Of a stretch of 64,000 bases of DNA, positions 11,473 to 25,949 are shown one piece after another. Source of the DNA: Macrostomum lignano (taxonomy: Eukaryota); assembly GCA_002269645.1 (NCBI GenBank), contig NIVC01003362.1, positions 1 to 64,000 of the forward strand, given 5' to 3'. The notes under the pieces are model-generated. The model made no database searches, was not told the origin of the DNA, and saw only the letters and a list, made by a program, of their open reading frames with translations. Position 1 is the first letter of the stretch. Every line of letters begins with the position of its first letter. Position numbers and translations under genes: made by a program.

Positions 11473-12925
11473 CAACAACAACAAATACACGGTCAGCGTC
11501 ACAGGGTCCGCCTCAGGGCCAGGTCGCGAACGAACACCACGCCACCGGCCGAATCCGGGGCGCCGTCGTTAGTGAACTAGTCGACGAAACGCCGAGTGCG
11601 CGCCTGTCCCCGCCGGTAGGGTGCCTGCCGCATCAGCAGCACCTGCACTGGCTGTGGGCAGGTTACTTAGACAGATCAGGCCGGCGCGGTGATACAAAGC
11701 CGCGTTGGTCACTCGCTCGTATCCGATCTTGAAGGCGGCGCCCAGCAGGCCAGCGTGCGCCGCGTCAACTTGTTGCTCGAGCGACTCCGTCAGCGTCCAG
11801 GTCTCGGCGTTGTACAGCAGGACGGTCTCGGCCACCGCCTGGAAAAACGCCGCCCTCTAGCGGTCAGGTACGGCCTTGGACTGCAGGACTGACCTCACAG
11901 AGCGAAGACAGCCCAGGCAAGCCCGTGGCGACGCCACAAATCCTCGCGGACGCCGGGATCCAGACCGCCGAGGTAGACGAACTGCTGACAACGCGGAAGC
12001 TCTGTCGCCTTTCCATCAGCACAAAATTGCACGCCGGCACATCTGGCGCGCAGAGTACGACGGTTTTCTGCGTGTTGACCACGAGGCCGACACTCGCCGC
12101 AACATCAAATGTAGTTTTTTGCAGTTGTTGCTGGGCGCATTCGACAGTTGAGGACAGCAGATGGCGAGATCGTCGACATAGCCAAGCATGCTGAGCCGCC
12201 TCTTCGGTTGACGTCGACCCACGCGTCACCGCAACAGAAAGCCGTCGTCGTTCGTAGGAGAGCGGTCCGCAGCTCCCAGTCAAGCACCAGAACGAACAGG
12301 AACGGTGCGAACGTATCTCTTTGAAGCAACCCGGAGGACGTCTCAAAGAAGTCTGATAGGCCGTCCGGTGTTGGAACAGCAGCTTGCGTATCGTGGTACA
12401 TCGCCAAGATAGCGGAGATACGCCGCTCTCTGGCACGTTGTACGCTCGGAGCACCTTTAGGAGCACAGAACTGACGACCGAGTCGAATGCCTTCTTGAAA
12501 TATATGAAGATGAAAATCAGGATCGATTGGCGTACCCGTGCCTCCTCCATGACTCGGCGAAGAGCTGGGATCTACGTCACTGTGCTGCGATGGGACGATG
12601 AGTTCTTCTCAGGACGCAAGTACGGATCCAGCACTGCGGCTACAACCCCGTTACCAGCATCGAGTTGAATAACTTCGCAGCGCAGGAGTGAAGGCAGATG
12701 CCTCGATACTTTTCAAGCTTTATGGTGCCCGGCAATTCTTAGGAATTGCGACGATGTACGTCGTGGTCCATTCTTTGGGTGCTCCTCACCGAAGAGCACG
12801 CGATTCATCACTCTGCATAGCGACCTCCCTCAAGCTGGCCACACAATGATGCGCAGCCCCTCGATGGGCATGGGCACTGCACCTCGTCCGGACCCAGCAC
12901 TTTCCCGCCTGGTGGCTGGTGACAT
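11473..12925 (-). mobile_element. 5'-truncated, frameshifted non-LTR retrotransposon (RTE-like RT domain)
   Basis: Minus-strand fragments FIYFKKAFDSV, TPDGLSDFFETSSGLLQRDTFAPFLFVLVLD, LGYVDDLAI (YxDD), GLVVNTQKT, VLLYNAETWTLT; a short (TTG)n tail at about 11473-11484. Confidence 0.9.
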
Positions 12926-13479
12926 CAAGCATGTGTGTATGTATACAGTAGTGCATTATCATTATCATTTACATTTATAAGAGTAATCTACATATTTACT
13001 GATTAAAATTTAGCTTAGTGCAACATGACCTATAAATGTATCATTCACATGAATGTTTCATTCACATGACTCATTGAATGGTTTGCTCTCACGGACTACT
13101 TAAGTAGAAGGACGCGACACGCGCAAAACGTTGAGGTTGAATATTCAATTTTATGTAGCCGGACTCCAGAAACTCGCCAAAGTGTAGGTTTTTTCACAGG
13201 ATACAAATAATTTAGTCCTTGTTCATGTAACATATGTAATGCATGATTAAAACGATGCAGAAACCTTAGAAATTAGTTTCAAGCGACGAAAACTAACTTT
13301 TTCTGGTGAGTTTCGAGTCTGGACGTGCGGCATTTGTAGCACAAAATATAGCTCTTCATTTTGACATAGCACTTATTTTAAACGATTCTTTTAGCTGTTC
13401 ACTAGCCAATTCCAACCCCCGTTGGGGCTTTCCGTCCAAACTCCAATCACAGTTTTCCCACGCAATAAAATTTCACCCC

Positions 13480-16230
13480 ACTGAATCCCACATCCAAAGA
13501 ATCCCTCATCCAAAAAATCCCCCATCTATAAAATCTCTGATGCAAAGAATCTCACATGCAAAGAATTCACTATCCAAAGAATCCGCCATCTAAAGAACCT
13601 CCATCGATAGAATCCACTCAATTCCCCACTCCACACAATCCACACAATTCCCCACTAAAGGAATCCTCCTATCTGAAGAATTCCCCATCCAATGAATCGC
13701 CCATCCATAGAATCTCACATGCAAAGAATCCTATATCCAAAGAATCCTCCATTCAAAGAGCCCCCCATTGATAGAATCCTGATTCGAAGAATCCCCATCC
13801 AATGAATTTCCTATCCAAGGAATCCGCCATACACAGAATCCCCATCCAAAGAATCTCAAATCCATCCCTATCCAAAGAATCCCCATCTAAATAATCGACA
13901 TCCAAATAATCCCCATCCACAAAATCCCCATCTAAATAATCCAAAGATTCTGAAATCCAAATCATCCCTTATCTAAAAAATCATTGACAAAATAATCCCC
14001 TCATGTAAAGAACCCCCGTCCAAATAACCCCAATCCAAAGAATCCAAAGAATCCCCCTCCAGAAAACCCCCCTCTAAAGAATCCACATCCAAATAATCCC
14101 CATTAACATAAACCCCATCCAAAGAATCCAAAGAACCCCCCATCCAAAGAATCCAAAGAATCTCCCATCCAAATAGAATCCTTGGCCAAAGAATCCCCTC
14201 ATCTACAGAACACCCATCCAAATAACCCCCATCTAAAGAATCCCCTCATGCAAATAATCTCCGTCCAAACAATCCAAATCCAATCCAATCCAAAAGATCC
14301 CTTTATCGGAAGAACCCTTCATCGAAAGAATCCCCCATCGAAAGAAGTTCCCAATGAATCATTCTTACCAAGCCTTGAAATCTCAGTAATTCCCCTCCCC
14401 AAGACTTGACATCTCAAAAATTACCCTTAAGCCTTGACATCTCAGTAATTACCCCCCCCCCTAAGACTTGACATCTTAGCAATTTCTCCCCGTCTCAAGT
14501 CTTGACATCTCAGAAATTCCCCCACGCCTTGACATCTCAGAAATTCCCCCAGTAAGCCTTTATATCTCAGTAATTTCCGAAGTAAGTCTTGCCATCTCAG
14601 CAATTCCCCTCTGTAAGACTTGACATCTAAGGAATTTCCCATTAAGCAATGACATCTCAGTAATTCACCCAGTAAGTCTTTATATCTCAGTAATTCCCCC
14701 TAGTAAATCTTGACATCTTAGCAATTTCTCCTAGTCAAAAGCGTTGACATCTCAGCAATCCCCCCCCCCTAAGACTTGACCTCCACAGAATCTCCGTTCA
14801 AAGAATCCCTCATCCAAAGAACCCCCCATCCATCCCTATCCAAAGAACCCCAGATCCATCCCTATCCAAAGAACCCCCATCCATCCCTATTCAAAGAATC
14901 CCCCATCCACCCCTATCCAAAGAATCCCCCTCTTAAGAATCTCCCATTCAAATAATCCCCCATCAAAAGAATCATTGGCCAAAGAATCCCCTCATCTAAA
15001 GAACCACCGTCGAAATACTCCCCATCCAAAGAATCCCCTCATAAAGAATCCCCCCAAATAATCTCATATACAAAGGATCACTCTATAGAAAGAAGCCTTC
15101 AGCTAAAGAATCCCCCATTCAAAGAACCCTTCATCGATTTAGTAATCCCCCAACGAAGGAATTCCCCAATGAATCACTATCCAAAGATATATATTAGAAG
15201 CACCCTCCCTCATTCAAAGAATCCCCAATCCATAGAATTCCCCCCAAAGACATGACATCTCAGCAATTCGCCCTCAGGACTTGAAATCTCTGCAATTCCC
15301 TTCCCTAAGATTTTGACATCTCAGAAATTCCCCCAAGCCTTCACATCTCAGCAATTCCCCCCTTAGACTTGATATCTCACAGATTTCCCCCTTCTAAGAC
15401 TTGACATCTCAGGAATTTCCCCACCAAGCATTGACATCTCGGAAATTCCCCCAAGCCTTCACATCTCAGCAATTCGCCCTCAAGCCTTGGCATCTCAGTA
15501 ATTCCCCCCCAAGCCTTGAAATCTCAGCAATTCCGTCTTACGTCTTGACATCTCGGCAAGTCCCTCTAAGCATTTGACATCTCAGCAATTCCCCCCCCCC
15601 TAAGACTTGACATCTCAGGAATTTCCCCACCAAGCCTTGGCATCTCAGCAAGTCCCTCTTAAGCCTTGGCATCTCAGCAAGTCCCTCTTAAGCCTTGGCA
15701 TCTCAGCAAGTCCCTCTTAAGCCTTGGCATCTCAGCAAGTCCCTCTTAAGCCTTGACATCTCAGCAAGTCCCTCTTAAGCCTTGGCATCTCAGCAAGTCC
15801 CTCTTAAGCCTTGGCATCTCAGCAAGTCCCTCTTAAGCCTTGACATCTCAGCAAGTCCCTCTTAAGCCTTGGCATCTCAGCAAGTCCCTCTTTAGCCTTG
15901 GCATCTCAGCAATTCTCCCCCCCAAGACTTGACATCTCAGGAATTTCCCCACCAAGCCTTGGTATCTCAGCAAGTCCCTGTTAAGCCTTGCCATCTCAGC
16001 AATTCCCTCCCCCCTCTAAGCCTTGACATCTCAGCAATTCCCTCCCCCCTCTAAGCCTTGACATCTCAGCAATTCCCTCCCCCTCTAAGACTTGACATCT
16101 CAGGAATTTCCCCACTAAGCCTTGACATCTCAGTGATTCCCCCAGTTAGCAATCTCCCCGAGCAAGCATTCCCAAAAGCAAGCGTCCTTCCGATAGCAAG
16201 CATCCCCTGATAGAAAGTACCCCCAGCAAG
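13480..16230. repeat. Composite degenerate minisatellite block: AAAGAATCCCCATCC-type and AAGCCTTGACATCTCAGCAA(T/G)TCCC-type arrays alternating
   Basis: Type A at about 13480-14370 and 14780-15250; type B at about 14370-14780 and 15250-16140. Confidence 0.9.
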
Positions 16231-16447
16231 ATTGTGAAACAATTTCGTCAGCTATTACAATAATTAATTTCTTATCTATTGGAATAGTCCTTTTTAAAAC
16301 TTTTCAAAATTTAAAGTTGAATAAAATTTTTGATTATACTACATGAACGCTCGTAGCTTCTTCTCTTTTACCTGATTTACTTGACATTTTTAAGATTCCT
16401 TTAGCTTTCTTGAAATTAATTTTTTTAATAAAAAACTTCAACACTCT

Positions 16448-16505
16448 AAAAATTCGAACCCACGTCGCTGCATTAGCAGTTCAGTCTGTTTACCTCTAGG
16501 CTAGC
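16448..16505 (-). other. tRNA-derived fragment (probable SINE head remnant)
   Basis: Reverse complement has A-box-like TAGCCTAGAGG, an anticodon-arm-like CTGAA-CTGCTAA-TGCAG and B-box GGTTCGAAT; no acceptor stem. Confidence 0.45.
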
Positions 16506-19115
16506 TCTCATCGTTTTGATAACATGAATTGTAGCACTTATATATTTCAACACTTTGAAAACTCCCAGCATAGAGTAGAAATCACTCGAAGCAGTTACGA
16601 CGTAATCAATTTCTCAGGCAGTCAATATCAGTTTCAATTAATAAAGTCAACAATTAAAGTCAACAATATGGTTACGCAATCTAAATTTAGATCTAATGGC
16701 GCTGGCTTGAATAGTGGAGTTGCGATAAATAGGGGTTTGCGATATGAGAGAGCGTACAATGAGAATATAGAGTAAAAAGTATAGAAATTTCTTTTTTATG
16801 CTGTGCTTTTAATTTTTCAAATCTCAGCAAACAGATTATATTCTCGAACTCAGCGTTTCTAGCTCTTTCCAGCAATACAAGGCTCTCTTCTGAAAGTGAA
16901 AAACTCGAAGCACAAACAACGGTTTGATATTCCTGCTTTAAAGCAGTCAAATTCATAAAGGTGTACATTCAGCGCCAGCTACAGTGAGAGGCCTGCAGTT
17001 GATGCATTGAAATTCACAACCAAGCCAATGCCCGGGACTCATTGAATGGCAATACCCGCCCCTCAATTCAATAACTAAAAGGTGTTGCGCAACCTTTCAA
17101 CGCTTATAGCTCTCTACGCCAGTGTAGAGAACCAATGCTATAGTTGGCACTGAGTTATGATGCAATACAATTCCATCGGCAGTCAGAATGCTTCTCAATT
17201 GGAAAGAACTGTTTGAACTTAAAAATGCGGGGCAAAAATCGAGTTTTTCGAATATTTAAGCCCGAAAAAATGAAGCAATTTCTTAGCAAAATTTCGTGTA
17301 CCAGCGCGCCATCAATACGCATCGAATGCAGAAAACCCCGCGAAATTCCGACCATGTAGAGCCAAGTTACACGAAGGTTTATCCAGAATTTTTATTATAC
17401 CCCCCCCCCCTTAATTGGTTACGCAAGTTAAATAGAGTAATTATCTGGGCAGTGGGGCAAAGTGAATTTTCTTATCAGTTGGCTCTGGCGCAATCATTAA
17501 AATTGGCTGTGAAGTTTCTCGCTGCGCGCAGGCTGATAAAAAATACACTAAAAAGGCCATTTAAAACAGTTTTTCGAATATTTAATCCCCTTAGCATTGA
17601 GCTAGAGCTTAATAAAATTACATGTACCGTCCCGGGCACATTTGACATCTTTTGGCGAAGAAACGGAGAAAATCGGTTGAGCCTTTTGGGAGATAACCTG
17701 TTACATACCCACAGACAGACAGGGCCGGTGGAGGGGGGGTTGCTACTTTAGATATATTAGACGAGTGGAACTCCTCCTCCGGAGGAGAAAGGGGAAGAAC
17801 TCCCATCACCGGAATTCCATTCCCTGAAATCCATCAGCTGAAACTCCATGACTTGAATCCCATCTTCCAAATCGTCTCCAAATTCTTTACAAAATCTTTG
17901 AAAGACCATAGCTCAAAAACTCTCACGTCTCTCATATCTCCTCTCTCTTTTATTCGCTATTATCGTGACTCTCTTCTCTCTCCTCTCTCTCATCTCATCT
18001 CTACCCCTACTCCCTTATTTATCTCTTCTCCCTCGTCTTTCGTTTGTACCCTCTCCTGTCTCTTGTCTCCTCTCTTCTCTCATATCTCTCCTCTTCACTT
18101 CTGTCTCCTGTCTCCTCTTCTCTCTTATCTCTCCCTCTTCTCTCCTCTCTCATATGTCATCTCTCCTTACTTATCTATCGTCTCTCTTAACCCTCTCTCT
18201 CTTCTCTTTTCTCTCCTATCTGCTTCTCATTTCTCATATCTCATATACGCTCTCACACTCTACTTTCTTGTCTCCCATCTTTCTTTCCTCCTTACCACTA
18301 TCCCCTGTCTCTTCTCTTCTCTCTTTTCTATCCTCTCCATTCTCTCTTCTCTCCTCTCCTTTCTCCTTTCATCTTCTCCCCTCTCTTCTCTAATCTCTAA
18401 TCTCTTCTCTCTTATGTTCTCACTCATCTCTTTTCTCATCGCATCTCTCATCTCTCCTCTCCTCATTACTTTCCTTCTCTTAACTCTCTTATCTCTGATC
18501 TTTCATCTCTTTCCTCTCTCCTCTCTCTCTTCTCCTCTCGCTTCTCTCTCTCCTCTCTCTCCTCTCATCTATACTACCTTATTTATATCTTCTCCCTGGT
18601 CTTTCGTCTCTACTCTCTCCTGTCTCATTTCTCCCCTCTTTTCTCCTCTCTTCTCTCTCCCCTCCTCTCTCATCTCTCATCCCTCATCTCACTCCTTCTT
18701 TCTCCTCTACTCTCCCCTCTTTTCTATTACTTCTGTACGCTCTTATCCCTCATCTCTATTCTCTCTCCTATCATCTCTCTTGTCCCCCTCTGCTATCTCA
18801 CATCTCCCCTCTCGTCTCCTCTCTCCTCTTCTCTTCTCTCTCCTTCGTTCCCGCCTTATTCCCCTCTTCTCTCCCATCTGTCATGTCTAATCTCTCCACT
18901 CATTTCTACTCTGTTTTCTATCATCTCATCTCTCTTCTCTTTTCATTCTTCTCTTTACTCTCTTCTCTGACTGATTGAAGATGCCAAATCCATCAAGATC
19001 CTCTCCACGAAACAGAAATCCTCTTCGTCAAAATTAAAACATTGAAATCGTCTCCGCTAAACTGGACTCAATCGAATTTTTTTCGTCAAACATCTGAACT
19101 CTCCGGATTCATTGG

Positions 19116-19161
19116 TTAGGGTTAGGGTTAGGGTTAGGGTTAGGGTTAGGGTTAGGGTTAG
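19116..19161 (+). repeat. Interstitial telomeric repeat (TTAGGG)7
   Basis: Read directly. Confidence 0.98.
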
Positions 19162-21070
19162 AACTACGCACAGCTTCGTGTTAAAAGGCACTGATAAAAA
19201 TATTGAACTAATTGAATCAATTCATTGCGCAACTGATTTCACAGTCAGTCAGTCAATCTAAATCAACCCTCCAATACACAGCAGCAGTGAGAAGTTGAAC
19301 CCTCCCCCCAACTTTATCTATTACGTCTCGCAAAACTGATTTTTGCAAAAAGTTAAAAGTATGGGAATAATTTTCCCAATGAAAAGCTTTTAGTTTTCAT
19401 ATATAAAGCAAAAAACTTAAATCCTCGAACTCTGCGTTGCAAGATCTTTCCAGCAATATAAGTTTCTCCTCTCAAAGTTTAAAACTCGATGAACAGTTAG
19501 CGTTTGAAATTTACCGATTTCCCGACTGCTTGCTAGAGAAGCTCGCAATTCATTGAATTTCACTGCTAAGCTAATACACAGGGATGCCTATGGAGAAAAA
19601 AAGGCGCCAATAATAAAACCAATTGAATCTCGACACAGTCCTGATTCCTATCTATCTGTTTAGGCCCTACACTGTACAACTGCTATGTACACTCAGCCCA
19701 AGCCCAACCCCCCGTTCTGGGGGAAGCATTAAATTTAACTCAACCCCCCCCCCAACACGCGGGGGGTTTTATTTCCACTCGCACCCACCACCCCTCAATA
19801 CACAGCGGCCCGCGGCGGAGGTTGGGGTGGCTATTTTTACAAACTGGCTGCAGCCCCAGGCAGAGTGGCCAAAGAAGGTTATTGGGGGTTAAAAAAGCAG
19901 TTTTCTGCTTTTTTAGGGATGTTAAAATTGGAAAATTAAAAATTAAAATAGCCTAAAGCCTGCTCCGGAAAATTTGCAGTTTTCCCATATAAGTTTCAAC
20001 GCTGACTTGGCAGAATTTTAGGAGTTCACTTACTACATACAGACAGACAAACATCGCGTCAGTTTTAGTATAAGTACGATACGAGGCCAACTCCTCCTCT
20101 GGAGGAGAAAGGGGAAGAACTCCCATCACCGGAATTCCATTCCCTGAAATCCATCAGCTGAAATTCCATGACTTGAATCCCATCTTCCAAATCATCTCCA
20201 AATCCTCTGTAAAGCCTTTCAAATACCATATCTTGTTTTCCCTGTTCGCAAAAACTGACTGCCATTGTCCAGACTCAGATTCTTCTGTCTCCTCTCTTCT
20301 CTTTTCTCTCCTCTCACGTCTCTCATCTCTACTACCTTATTTATCTCTTCTCCCTCGTCTTTCGTCTTTCTCTCCTGTCTCCTTTATCCCCTGTTTTCTC
20401 CTCTCTCTTCTCTTCTCTCCTCTCTCATCTCTCATCCCTCATGCCTCATCTCACTATTTCTTTCTCCTCTACTCTCAGCTCCTCTCTTCTCTCTCCTCTC
20501 ATCTCTCCTGTCTCCCTCTGCTATCTCATATCTTCCCTCTCATCTCCTCTCTCCTCTTTTCTTCTCTCTCCCTCTTCGTTCCCGCCTTACTCCCCTCTTC
20601 TCTCCCATCTGTCATGTCTAATCTGTCCTCTCTCATCTCTACTCTCTTTTCTATAATCTCTTCTCTCTTCTCTTTTCACTCTTCTCTTTACTCTCTTTAC
20701 TGACTGACTGAAGATACCAAATCCATCAAAATCCCTCCGTGAAACAGAAATCCTCTCCGCGAAACAGAAATCCTCTCCGCGAAACAGAAATCCTCTCCGC
20801 GAAACAGAAACCCTCTCCGTGAAACTGGACTCCTTTCGAAATCCAATCCGCGAAACAGAAATCCTCTCCGTGAAACTGGGCTCCATGGAAATCCTCTGAG
20901 TGAAACTGACATCCATCAAAATCGTCTCCGTAAAACAGAAATACATCTAGATTCTCTCCACGAAAAAGAAATCCTCTCCGTGAAACCGAAAACCATCAGA
21001 ATACTCCGTGAAACTGGACTCAATCGAAATTTTCTCTGTCAAAAAGAACTTAACTTTCAGAATTCATTGG

Positions 21071-21086
21071 TTAGGGTTAGGGTTAG
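21071..21086 (+). repeat. Interstitial telomeric repeat (TTAGGG)2
   Basis: Same flanks as the other cassettes. Confidence 0.85.
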
Positions 21087-23253
21087 AGCTGCACAGAGCT
21101 GCGTGTTGAATTAATTGAATCAATTAATTGCGCAAACCATTTCTCAGTCAGACAGTATCAGTCTTATTTAAAGTTAAATAAACGGTTGCGCAATCTAAAT
21201 CAACCCTCCAATACGCAGCGGCAGACCCCCTTCCAATACGCCCAACTTTATCTATTACGTCTCGCAAAACTGAGTACAATTTTTGCAGAAAGTTAAAAGT
21301 ATGGAAATAGTTTTTTAAATGCTGTGCTTTTTCTTTTCATATTTAAAGCATACAACTTATATCCCCGAACTCAGCGTTGCAAGATCTTTCCAGCAATATA
21401 AGTCTCTCCTCTCAAAGTTTAAAACTCGAGGAACAGTTAGCGATTGAAATTTACCAATTTCCCGACTGCTTGCTAGAGAAGCTCGCAAGTTTATTCATTG
21501 AATTTCACTGCCAAACTAATACACAGGGCTGCCAATAATAAAACCAAATGAATCTCGACACAGTCTATCTATTTACACTGTACAACTGCTATGTACACTC
21601 AGCCCAAGCCCAACCCCCCAGTCTGGGGGAATCATTAAATTGAACTTAACCCCCCAACACGCGGGGGGTTTTATTTGCATTGAACGCAGAACACACGCAC
21701 CCACCACCCCTCAATACACAGCGGCCCGCGGGCGGAGGTTGGGGTGGCTATTTTTACAAACTGGCTGAAGCCCAGGCAGAGTGGCCAAAGAAAGTTATTG
21801 GGGGTTAAAAAAGCAGTTTTCTGCTTTTTTAGTGATGTTAAAATGTGAAAATTAAAAATTAAAATAGCCTAAAGCCTGATCCGGAAAATTTGCAGTTTTC
21901 CCATATAAGTTTCGACGCTGACTTGGCAGAGTTGTAGGAGTTCACTTACAACATACATACAAACAAACATCGCACCAACTTTAGTATTAACGAGTGGAAC
22001 TCCTCCTTCGGAGGAGAAAGGGGAAGAACTCCCATCACCGGAATTCTATTCCCTGAAATATCCATCAACTGAAATTCCATGTCTTTAACCCTATCTTCCA
22101 AATCGTCTCCAAATTCTTTACAAAATCTTTCAAAGACCATAGCTCAAAGACTCTCAAGTCTCTCATATCTCCTCTCTCCTCTCTCTCATCTCATCTCTAC
22201 CCCTGCTCCCTTATTTATCTCTTCTCCCTCGTCTTTCGTCTGTACCTTCTCCTGTCTTCTGTCTCCTCTCTTCACTCTTATCTCTCCCTCTTCTCTCCTC
22301 TCTCATATGTCATCTCTACTCACTTATCTATCGTCTCTCTTAACCCTCTCTCTCTCTTCTCTTTTCTCTTCTCTCTGCTCTCATTTCTCATATTTCATAT
22401 ACGCTCTGACACTACTTTCTTGTCTCCCATCTTTCTTCCTCCTTTTCACTATCCCCTGTCTCTTCTCTTCTCTCTTTTCTATTCTCTCCATTCTCTCTTT
22501 TCTCCTTTCCTTGCTCCTTTCATCTCTCTCCTCTCTCCTCACTCTCTTCTCCTTTCGCTTCTCTCTCCTCTCTCTCCTCTCATCTTTACTACCTTATTTA
22601 TATCTTCTCCCTAGTCTTTCGTCTGTACTCTCTCCTGTCTCCTCTCTCCCCTGCTCTCTCATCCCTCATCTCCTCATCTCACTCTTTCTTTCTCCTCTAC
22701 TCTCCCCTCTCTTCTATTGCCTCTGTACGCTCTTATCCCTCATCTATTCTCTCTCCTATCATCTCCAATCTGTCATGTCTAATCTCTCCACTCAATTATA
22801 CTCTGTTTTCTATCATCTCTTCTCTCTTCTCTTTTCAGTCTTCTCTTTACTCTCTTCTCTGACTGATTGAAGATGCCAAATCCATCAAGATCCTCTCCGC
22901 GAAGCAAAAATCCTGTCTGTGCAACTAAAAACCATCGAAATCCTCTCAGTGAAACTGGACTCCTTCGAAATCCTCTCCTTGAAACTTAAATCCATCAAAA
23001 TTGTTTCTATAAAACAGAAATCAATCATAAATTATCTCCGCGAAACAGAAAGCCTCTCCGTGAAGCTGAACATGATCGAAATCCTCTCCGTGAAACTGAA
23101 CACCATGGAAATCCTTTCGTGAAACTGAACATCATCGAAATCCTCTCCACGAAACAGAAATCTTCTCCGTCAGAATTTAAACATTGAAATCGTCTCCGCT
23201 AAACTTGACTTAATCGAATTTTTTCCGTCAAACAACTCAACTCGCCAGATTCA

Positions 23254-23299
23254 TTAGGGTTAGGGTTAGGGTTAGGGTTAGGGTTAGGGTTAGGGTTAG
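23254..23299 (+). repeat. Interstitial telomeric repeat (TTAGGG)7
   Basis: Read directly. Confidence 0.98.
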
Positions 23300-25903
23300 A
23301 ACTACGCACAGCTTCGTGTTAAAAGGCACAGATAAAAATATTGAACTAATTGAATCAATTCATTGCGCAACCGATTTCACAGTCAGTCAGTATCAGCCTC
23401 AGGTAAAGTTAACAAAAACATTGCGCAATCTAAATCAACCCTCCAATACACAGCAGCAGTGAGAAGTTGAACCCTCCCCCCAACAATCTTTGCAGATTAA
23501 AGTACAATCTTTGCAGAAAGTTAAAAGTATGGAAATAGTTTTTCAAATGCTGTGCTTTTTCTTTTCATATTTAAAGCAAACAACTTATATCCCCGAACTC
23601 AGCGTTGCAAGATCTTGCCAGCAATATAAGTCTCTCCTCTCAAAGTTAAAAATCGAGCAACAGTTAGCATTTGAAATTTTCTGATTTAAAGCATTGAAAT
23701 ATCGAGTGTACGTTCACTGCCTGCAGCAGTGGGAGGCTCGCAAGTTTATTCATTGAATTTCACTGTCCAAAACTACACAGGGCAGCCTATTGAATCAATT
23801 CATTGCGCAACCGATTTCACAGTCAGTCAGTATCAGCCTCAGGTAAAGTTAACAAAAACATTGCGCAATCTAAATCAACCCTCCAATACACAGCAGCAGT
23901 GAGAAGTTGAACCCTCCCCCCAACAATCTTTGCAGATTAAAGTACAATCTTTGCAGAAAGTTAAAAGTATGGAAATAGTTTTTCAAATGCTGTGCTTTTT
24001 CTTTTCATATTTAAAGCAAACAACTTATATCCCCGAACTCAGCGTTGCAAGATCTTGCCAGCAATATAAGTCTCTCCTCTCAAAGTTAAAAATCGAGCAA
24101 CAGTTAGCATTTGAAATTTTCTGATTTAAAGCATTGAAATATCGAGTGTACGTTCACTGCCTGCAGCAGTGGGAGGCTCGCAAGTTTATTCATTGAATTT
24201 CACTGTCCAAAACTACACAGGGCAGCCTATTGAAAATCAGAACACATATCGTTGCGCAATTGTCTATACAATCAGCCAGTGAGCTAGGGTCCGATTGTAC
24301 ACACGCAGCCACTGAGAACGCGACCATCCCCCCACTGGAGAGAAAATACACTGTAGAGATAGGAGACAGTTGTGGCGCAATCGCTCAAAATTCATGCAAA
24401 TTTTCAGCTCCAAGCAGAAAGAGGGTACAATTAAGATTATCAAAGGTCAAGACCACCGTTTTCTGCTTTTTTAGGGATCTTAAAATGTAAAAATGAAAGA
24501 TTAAAATAGCCTAAAGCCATCCTCGGAAAATTTGCAGTTTTCCAATATAAGTTTCAACGCTGAGTTGCAAGTATTCTAGGAGGAGTTATGCAACAGACAA
24601 ACAAACACACAAACATCGCACCAACTTTAGTAGATAGAGACGAGTGGAACTCCTCCTTCGGAGGAGAAAGGGGAAGAACTCCCATCACCGGAATTCTATT
24701 CCCTGAAATATCCATCAACTGAAATTCCATGTCTTTAACCCTATCTTCCAAATCGTCTCCAAATTCTTTACAAAATCTTTCAAAGACCATAGCTCAAAGA
24801 CTCTCAAGTCTCTCATATCTCCTCTCTCCTCTCTCTCATCTCATCTCTACCCCTGCTCCCTTATTTATCTCTTCTCCCTCGTCTTTCGTCTGTACCTTCT
24901 CCTGTCTTCTGTCTCCTCTCTTCACTCTTATCTCTCCCTCTTCTCTCCTCTCTCATATGTCATCTCTACTCACTTATCTATCGTCTCTCTTAACCCTCTC
25001 TCTCTCTTCTCTTTTCTCTTCTCTCTGCTCTCATTTCTCATATTTCATATACGCTCTGACACTACTTTCTTGTCTCCCATCTTTCTTCCTCCTTTTCACT
25101 ATCCCCTGTCTCTTCTCTTCTCTCTTTTCTATTCTCTCCATTCTCTCTTTTCTCCTTTCCTTGCTCCTTTCATCTCTCTCCTCTCTCCTCACTCTCTTCT
25201 CCTTTCGCTTCTCTCTCCTCTCTCTCCTCTCATCTTTACTACCTTATTTATATCTTCTCCCTAGTCTTTCGTCTGTACTCTCTCCTGTCTCCTCTCTCCC
25301 CTGCTCTCTCATCCCTCATCTCCTCATCTCACTCTTTCTTTCTCCTCTACTCTCCCCTCTCTTCTATTGCCTCTGTACGCTCTTATCCCTCATCTATTCT
25401 CTCTCCTATCATCTCCAATCTGTCATGTCTAATCTCTCCACTCAATTATACTCTGTTTTCTATCATCTCTTCTCTCTTCTCTTTTCAGTCTTCTCTTTAC
25501 TCTCTTCTCTGACTGATTGAAGATGCCAAATCCATCAAGATCCTCTCCGCGAAGCAAAAATCCTGTCTGTGCAACTAAAAACCATCGAAATCCTCTCAGT
25601 GAAACTGGACTCCTTCGAAATCCTCTCCTTGAAACTTAAATCCATCAAAATTGTTTCTATAAAACAGAAATCAATCATAAATTATCTCCGCGAAACAGAA
25701 AGCCTCTCCGTGAAGCTGAACATGATCGAAATCCTCTCCGTGAAACTGAACACCATGGAAATCCTTTCGTGAAACTGAACATCATCGAAATCCTCTCCAC
25801 GAAACAGAAATCTTCTCCGTCAGAATTTAAACATTGAAATCGTCTCCGCTAAACTTGACTTAATCGAATTTTTTCCGTCAAACAACTCAACTCGCCAGAT
25901 TCA

Positions 25904-25949
25904 TTAGGGTTAGGGTTAGGGTTAGGGTTAGGGTTAGGGTTAGGGTTAG
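25904..25949 (+). repeat. Interstitial telomeric repeat (TTAGGG)7
   Basis: Read directly. Confidence 0.98.
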
